NCBI GenBank assembly: GCA_013203115.1
Contig: JABMQW010000139.1
Span: 33,703 to 97,702 of the forward strand
Source of the DNA: Fidelibacterota bacterium
Lineage (GTDB): Bacteria > Fidelibacterota > Marinisomatia > Marinisomatales > TCS56
Direction: 5' to 3'
DNA: 64,000 bases
Position 1 is the first letter of the stretch. Each line of letters opens with the position of its first letter. A program made the translations under genes and the position numbers. This document shows, piece by piece, positions 58,650 to 64,000 of this stretch. Below the pieces are notes generated by a model. It was not told the origin of the DNA and ran no database searches. It was given only the letters and a program-made list of their open reading frames with translations.

Positions 58650-60137
58650 CTAACGAATAAATATTACCAAAGAGTTGCGCACCCAGTCGGCAACCGGCAC
58701 CCAATAGACACCAAAAATAAACGTTGGAACAGCTAAAATAACAGTGAGTATGGAAATCATCGAAAATTTGATCGTAATTCCTGATTCATTATCATCTTTA
58801 AAAAACATGGCTTTCACTATTTGCATATAATAATATAGGGAAACGACACTGTTAATCACACCAATAATAGCCAGCCAGTAGAAACCAGGTCCGGCTTTGA
58901 TAACAGCAGAAAAAATATAAAATTTCCCGATAAAACCGGCCGTGGGTGGAATACCGGTCAGGGAGAACATGAACAAAGTCATGATTATTGCTAGTAAAGG
59001 AGAACTATGTCCTAAGCCACTAAACGCCTCAAAGGTTTCTTTCCCGGTGTTGTTGCGAACCAGCATAAGAATATAGAATGCTCCCAGATTCATAAACAGA
59101 TACAGAAAAGCATAGATCATTATACCATAAATACCATGCTCGGAAAGTACCGGTAGCCCCATCATCATGTAGCCGGCATGAGCAATACTGGAGTAGGCCA
59201 GCATACGCTTAACACTGGTTTGTCGCAAGGCGATCAGGTTACCCAACGTCATGGTAGCCACCGCCAAAACAGCCATAACCTGAGTCCATGGTATCGCAGA
59301 ACTGAAGATCCATTCAGTTTCGATAAAAGTGCCTGGAGCTCCAAGGCTGGAATTGAAAAAACGAATGATCAGTGCTAAACCGGCCGCTTTGGGTGCCACC
59401 GATAAATAAGCGGTTATGGAGGTTGGCGCCCCTTCATACACATCAGGGGTCCAATAATGGAATGGTACGGCTGAAATTTTATAGCCAAATCCGGTAAATA
59501 TAAAAAGCGTCGCTAGTATCAGAGCCAGGTCTGCGCTGGTATCCAGACCGGCCAGGGCTGCCCGAATATCAAAGATATTGGTTGATCCGGTCAGGCCGAA
59601 TATAATACTTAAGCCAAATAGCATTATTCCGGACGAAAAAGCGCCATAAATCACATATTTTAGAGATGCTTCGCTGGAACGACGATTTCCGCGCAGGTAA
59701 CCGGCCAGCACGAAAGACATTATCGACACAATTTCAATCGCCAGATACACTACAATCAGATCGGTAGCTGATACCATCAGGAACATTCCCAGTACCATAA
59801 TGGTGATCAACACATAGTATTCACCGACTCTTTGATTACCCAACTCCTTTTCGCTGAATGATACAACAATGGTAAAGATTGTCGCCAGTAGAATCAGAAA
59901 TTTAAAATAGGTACTGAACGGATCACTTACCACAGATCCCAGAAACAGGGCTACCGGTACCGACTGCTGATTAATTAGTAAGGTTACAGCAGATAAAATT
60001 ATACCGGCCAAAACCCACAGACCCACCCGGTAGGACCTTTCTTCCTGGTAAAAAAGGTCAACAATTATCGCCAAGAGGATCGTTCCGGTCAGGATCAGTT
60101 CAGGTCCGAAATAATTCAGGCTGAATAGATTGGTCAT
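58650..60137 (-). CDS. nuoN: NADH-quinone oxidoreductase subunit N
   Basis: 495 aa antiporter-like polytopic protein following nuoM. Confidence 0.9.
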   Translation of the reverse strand: MTNLFSLNYFGPELILTGTILLAIIVDLFYQEERSYRVGLWVLAGIILSAVTLLINQQSVPVALFLGSVVSDPFSTYFKFLILLATIFTIVVSFSEKELGNQRVGEYYVLITIMVLGMFLMVSATDLIVVYLAIEIVSIMSFVLAGYLRGNRRSSEASLKYVIYGAFSSGIMLFGLSIIFGLTGSTNIFDIRAALAGLDTSADLALILATLFIFTGFGYKISAVPFHYWTPDVYEGAPTSITAYLSVAPKAAGLALIIRFFNSSLGAPGTFIETEWIFSSAIPWTQVMAVLAVATMTLGNLIALRQTSVKRMLAYSSIAHAGYMMMGLPVLSEHGIYGIMIYAFLYLFMNLGAFYILMLVRNNTGKETFEAFSGLGHSSPLLAIIMTLFMFSLTGIPPTAGFIGKFYIFSAVIKAGPGFYWLAIIGVINSVVSLYYYMQIVKAMFFKDDNESGITIKFSMISILTVILAVPTFIFGVYWVPVADWVRNSLVIFIR

Positions 60138-60179
60138 AATATCAATTCGATCCTGCTTTGATTGGTTTTATTCCTGACA

Positions 60180-61730
60180 CTAGAATAATCCGGTACTACC
60201 ACCAAGGGTGACTACTTGTTCAATTAAAACATTAACCGTTTCCTTAATAACATTAAGAAAAGGTGCCGGATATACTCCAAATAGCAATGTAATTAATGCC
60301 AAGGGAATAACGGTAAATAATTCCCGCCCATTGATTTCAGGAAGATCGCTGTATTTTTTGTTCAATTTTCCAAAAAATATTTTTTGGTAGGCCCTAAGAA
60401 AATAGGTGGCATTCAGTAAAATTCCCAGCATTGACAGAACCACAATCATCCGGAAAACAGAAAATCCGCCAATCAGACACATTGCTTCACTTACGAAACC
60501 CGACATACTCGGTAGTCCGAGTCCCGCAAAAAAAGCTACCATAGTTAATCCGGCATAAATAGGCATTCTAGTGGCCAGACCGCCAAAACCAGCAATGTTT
60601 CGATGATGGGCTCGATCGTAAATCACGCCGACCAAGATAAACAGCATAGCTGAGATGGTGCCATGGTTGAACATCTGAAATACGGCACCGTTCATACCGG
60701 CTTGGGCCGACATCAGATTGTTACCGTTCATTACGCCAGCAGCAACAACGGCCGCCATACCAACTAAGGCAAACCCCAGATGGTTGATACTGGAATAAGC
60801 TACCAGCCGTTTTAAATCTTTCTGGGCCAAGGCACACAAGCCACCCCAGATTATGTTTACCAAACCCAATAAAGCCAAAGCCCCCGCAAACCACCACACT
60901 GCTTCCGGTAACATGGCATAATTAACCCTGAATAAACCGTACAAACCCATCTTCAACAGTATTCCGGCCAGAATAACCGATATTGCCGTAGGTGCTTCCA
61001 CATGCACCAGGGGTAACCAGGTATGGAAAGGAAAAATCGGGACCTTAATCGCAAACCCGATGAATAACAGGATCCAGATCACCTTAATGGCACTCATCCC
61101 CCACCAGACTACACCACTCAGGACAGTTGGAGCAATTTCCGCCAGCTCAACCATATTAAATGTGTATCCGCAATTAAAATACAGAGCCAAAATGGCAATC
61201 AGAATCAGCACCGAGCCAAAAAGCGTGTACAAAAAGAATTTGATTGCTGCATATTCCCGTTTAGGACCACCCCACAATCCGATCAGGAAATACATGGGTA
61301 GCAGCATTACTTCCCAGAAAACATAGAACAGGAAAAAATCCAGGGCAGTAAAAACACCCATCATTCCGGTATCGAGCAGCAGCAACAAGGCAAAATAACC
61401 TTTAACCATTTTATCGGTCTTCCAACTGACAAATACACTAATGAACATTAATAGTGCAGTCAACAAAACCATCGGCATACTGAGCCCATCGATGCCCAGG
61501 AAGTAAAAAATATTAAAGGACGGTATCCACTGAGCATATTCGGTAAACTGAAAACTTCCGGTTGTACGATCAAAGGCAAACCACAGTACGACAGCCAGAA
61601 TTAATTGAATACCAGTGGCAACGGCTGCGGTTATTTTTATCGTATTAGTAAACCGGTTAGGAATCAGCAAGATTGCCATCATACCAAGCACCGGTAACCA
61701 GATCAGCCAACTAAGGATGTGGAAATCCAT
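60180..61730 (-). CDS. nuoM: NADH-quinone oxidoreductase subunit M
   Basis: 516 aa with Mrp-antiporter-like motifs (WLPLVHVEAPT). Confidence 0.92.
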   Translation of the reverse strand: MDFHILSWLIWLPVLGMMAILLIPNRFTNTIKITAAVATGIQLILAVVLWFAFDRTTGSFQFTEYAQWIPSFNIFYFLGIDGLSMPMVLLTALLMFISVFVSWKTDKMVKGYFALLLLLDTGMMGVFTALDFFLFYVFWEVMLLPMYFLIGLWGGPKREYAAIKFFLYTLFGSVLILIAILALYFNCGYTFNMVELAEIAPTVLSGVVWWGMSAIKVIWILLFIGFAIKVPIFPFHTWLPLVHVEAPTAISVILAGILLKMGLYGLFRVNYAMLPEAVWWFAGALALLGLVNIIWGGLCALAQKDLKRLVAYSSINHLGFALVGMAAVVAAGVMNGNNLMSAQAGMNGAVFQMFNHGTISAMLFILVGVIYDRAHHRNIAGFGGLATRMPIYAGLTMVAFFAGLGLPSMSGFVSEAMCLIGGFSVFRMIVVLSMLGILLNATYFLRAYQKIFFGKLNKKYSDLPEINGRELFTVIPLALITLLFGVYPAPFLNVIKETVNVLIEQVVTLGGSTGLF

Positions 61731-61779
61731 TATTGTCCTCTCCTAAAGTTTTCCAAGAAAAATATTAGTATCTTAAGCA

Positions 61780-63825
61780 TTAAATAACCTGCAGTATCAA
61801 GATGATGATTATTCCCAGCAGGGCAAACAGGAGATAATTCTGTAATCTTCCAGTTTGGATTTGCCGCAGAGATTGCCCGGCCCTTTGGAATTGACGGCCA
61901 ATCCCATTAACGATCATTTTATCCAACCCCTCCCAGTCCAACTCACCAGAAACTCTTGCCAACTTATCCGTGACCCGGCCAAATCCATCAATGAAGCGTT
62001 GATCATAAATATCCCAATCAATGTAGCCGACTCTTTCCGTCAGTTTTAATAAGGGTTTGTAAATAAACCGCTCATAGATTTCATCAATATAATATTTATT
62101 GAATGACAAACGATATAAGAAACCGCTGCGCTTTGCCCAGACCTGGGGGGACAGTTTTTTTCGTAGATACATCAGCCAGGAAAACAGAATTCCCAGGCCA
62201 GCCAGTGCTACCGACAAGAGCATAGCCGCCAGGTGATTGTGATGCATACTTACCATTATTTCATGAGCCGTGATTATTTCAAAACCAGTGACTACGGTAT
62301 CACGTGCTACAATCAGATTGGTAAACCACCAGCCGGTATCGAAAAAAGGATTAATCTGCGGGAGTGTATAAAACAGGAATAGCGTCAGCCCACTGAGGAT
62401 AACCATCGGTATTGTCATTTCCCGGGGCGATTCTTTGATCTGCCTATATACTTTCGGAAATTTGGATCCCCTATGAAAGGTCATAAAAATCAAACGCAGC
62501 ATGTAAAAAGGCGTAATCAAGGCTGCGGCAAATCCGAAGAAAGGAATCAGGAGATGCTGGGGACTATGATTGGCGAAAGCGAGCGTTCCGGCTAATATAG
62601 CATCTTTGGACAGAAATCCGGAAAAGAACGGTATACCTGAAATTGCCAGGGTACAGATCACCATCGTCCAGTAAGTGAACGGCATTCTGGTTTTAAAGCC
62701 TCCCATATTGCGCATATCCTGAGGATCTATTGTATGGTCTTTCAACTTATGTAAAGCATGATGCATGGCATGAATCACACTCCCGGCGCCATAAAACAAA
62801 CTGGCTTTAAACATGGCATGGGTCACCAGATGGAAAAAACCAGCCGTGTAGGCACCCGTCCCAATTGCCATAACCATATAACCTAATTGACTCAAGGTGG
62901 AATAGGCCAATACCCGCTTAATGTCATTCTGAGTAATTGCGATGGTAGCGGCAAACAGAGCGGTAAATCCACCAATATAGGCAATTACCGTCAATACATC
63001 AGGGGTTAGGATCGGGAACAAACGCACCAGCATGTATACGCCGGCGGCAACCATGGTGGCGGCATGAATTAGGGCCGAAACCGGTGTGGGACCTTCCATG
63101 GCATCCGGCAACCAGATATGTAGCGGAACTTGAGCGGATTTACCAATGGCACCGCAGAATAGCCCCAACCCCGCCAATGTCAGAAGTGTACCATGAATCG
63201 AACCACTGGCCACACCGGCAAATACATCGGAATAATTAAAGGAGCCGACGGCGGTGAAAAACAACATTATACCAATAAAGAATCCCAGATCTCCAACCCG
63301 ATTGGCCAAGAATGCTTTCTTACCTGCATCAGCAGCCGTATCCTTCTGAAACCAGAAACCAATTAACAGGTATGAACTTAATCCCACCAATTCCCAGAAA
63401 ATATACAGGGAAACCAGATTATTGGCCAGCACGATACCATTCATACTGAAAGTGAATAAACCGAGGTAAGCGAAATAGCGGTGATATAATGGATCTTTGT
63501 CCATGTACTTGATGGAATAGATATGCGACATGGTAGAAATCAGGGCTACAACCACCAGCATCACGACGGTAATATTGTCAATCAGGAAACCCAACTCGAT
63601 TTTGAAGGCACCTAGATTCAGCCAGGTAAAGGCGGCTTCTCTCATAAACTGCGAATCATTCAGCATTAAAATCGATACCAGCATTCCCAGAGCCACCCCT
63701 AAAGTAATCAATACGGCAAAAATCGATACAAAATCACCTTTACGCGGTAAACGCTGACCAAAAAATATCTGGATTACAAACGCCAATAACGGTAAAATCA
63801 GAATTATTAAACTGGCAATGATCAT
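61780..63825 (-). CDS. nuoL: NADH-quinone oxidoreductase subunit L
   Basis: 681 aa with [22 protein letters not shown] and a long C-terminal lateral-helix extension. Confidence 0.94.
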   Translation of the reverse strand: MIIASLIILILPLLAFVIQIFFGQRLPRKGDFVSIFAVLITLGVALGMLVSILMLNDSQFMREAAFTWLNLGAFKIELGFLIDNITVVMLVVVALISTMSHIYSIKYMDKDPLYHRYFAYLGLFTFSMNGIVLANNLVSLYIFWELVGLSSYLLIGFWFQKDTAADAGKKAFLANRVGDLGFFIGIMLFFTAVGSFNYSDVFAGVASGSIHGTLLTLAGLGLFCGAIGKSAQVPLHIWLPDAMEGPTPVSALIHAATMVAAGVYMLVRLFPILTPDVLTVIAYIGGFTALFAATIAITQNDIKRVLAYSTLSQLGYMVMAIGTGAYTAGFFHLVTHAMFKASLFYGAGSVIHAMHHALHKLKDHTIDPQDMRNMGGFKTRMPFTYWTMVICTLAISGIPFFSGFLSKDAILAGTLAFANHSPQHLLIPFFGFAAALITPFYMLRLIFMTFHRGSKFPKVYRQIKESPREMTIPMVILSGLTLFLFYTLPQINPFFDTGWWFTNLIVARDTVVTGFEIITAHEIMVSMHHNHLAAMLLSVALAGLGILFSWLMYLRKKLSPQVWAKRSGFLYRLSFNKYYIDEIYERFIYKPLLKLTERVGYIDWDIYDQRFIDGFGRVTDKLARVSGELDWEGLDKMIVNGIGRQFQRAGQSLRQIQTGRLQNYLLFALLGIIIILILQVI

Positions 63826-64000
63826 TGTTTCAACTGACTCGCTTCATCCACATTGACGGTGTGGAACAGGTTATAAATATTAATTATAATAGCGAGGGCT
63901 ATGGCTGCTTCCGCGGCAGCCATCACAATGACAAACAAGGCAAAAACGTGCCCGGACAAATTCATCCCGCCAAAGCGGGAGAAAGCAATGAAATTCAGAT
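63822..64000 (-). CDS. nuoK: NADH-quinone oxidoreductase subunit K, C-terminal part (5' end outside window)
   Basis: Hand translation gives ..[62 protein letters not shown] overlap with nuoL. Confidence 0.85.
   Translation of the reverse strand, partial: LNFIAFSRFGGMNLSGHVFALFVIVMAAAEAAIALAIIINIYNLFHTVNVDEASQLKQ

Noticed and set aside
1-64000. Search for CRISPR arrays, tRNA/rRNA/tmRNA genes, transposases, integrases, restriction-modification or other recognisable defence genes
   Set aside because: - I saw no regularly spaced direct repeats and no tRNA-like T-arm or acceptor patterns in the intergenic regions.
- No ORF has nuclease, helicase, reverse-transcriptase or recombinase motifs.
- Absence by eye is not proof, so tRNAscan, Infernal and DefenseFinder should be run.

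Overview
This 64-kb window comes from a low-to-moderate GC bacterium. I assign it tentatively to the FCB superphylum because it has a T9SS C-terminal sorting domain, a PorV/PorQ-like outer membrane protein and overlapping folP-cdaA. I ran no database search, so all calls rest on reading the translated ORFs and the DNA by eye.

Most of the window is core genome on the minus strand:
- Lipid and translation genes: fabF'-acpP-fabG-fabD-fabH-plsX-rpmF-yceD.
- Central metabolism: ndk, sucCD, a COG2403 / cyclic-2,3-DPG-synthetase-like P-loop protein, pruA, dusB.
- A cdaA-folP-ftsH-hpt-tilS block.
- An MBL hydrolase and an archaeal-type (class II) GAPDH-like gene.
- A variant System I cytochrome c maturation operon, ccmE-F-(92 aa)-A-B-C-D, whose CcmE has CXXXY in place of HXXXY.
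- A B12 acyl-CoA mutase large subunit, dxs, pdxTS, ispH, an NrnA-like DHH protein, a PduO-type adenosyltransferase and an ArsB/NhaD-like antiporter.
- nqrM, apbE and nqrFEDCBA directly downstream of nuoKLMN.

The accessory part lies at about 14.7-29.7 kb and holds three things worth attention.
1. A plus-strand island at about 15.0-22.3 kb carries unrelated single-gene units: a frameshifted SAM methyltransferase, a nitroreductase, a SET-domain lysine-methyltransferase-like protein and a 1226-aa T9SS cargo protein. The units are separated by structured spacers with a recurring TAAC-GTAATAAGA left motif and GTTAGGC right motif. Two 62-nt direct repeats (55/62 identical) also occur here. The layout looks integron-cassette/CALIN-like, but no integrase is visible.
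2. An unannotated 52-aa signal-peptide ORF is translationally coupled to a TPR + Fis-HTH regulator and a CheY-like receiver, divergent from a REC-PAS hybrid histidine kinase. I read this as a candidate secreted-peptide sensing module and consider it the most novel-looking system in the window.
3. A structured noncoding element with a UUCG-capped hairpin sits at the left island border.

I found no CRISPR array, tRNA, rRNA, transposase or recognisable defence genes.
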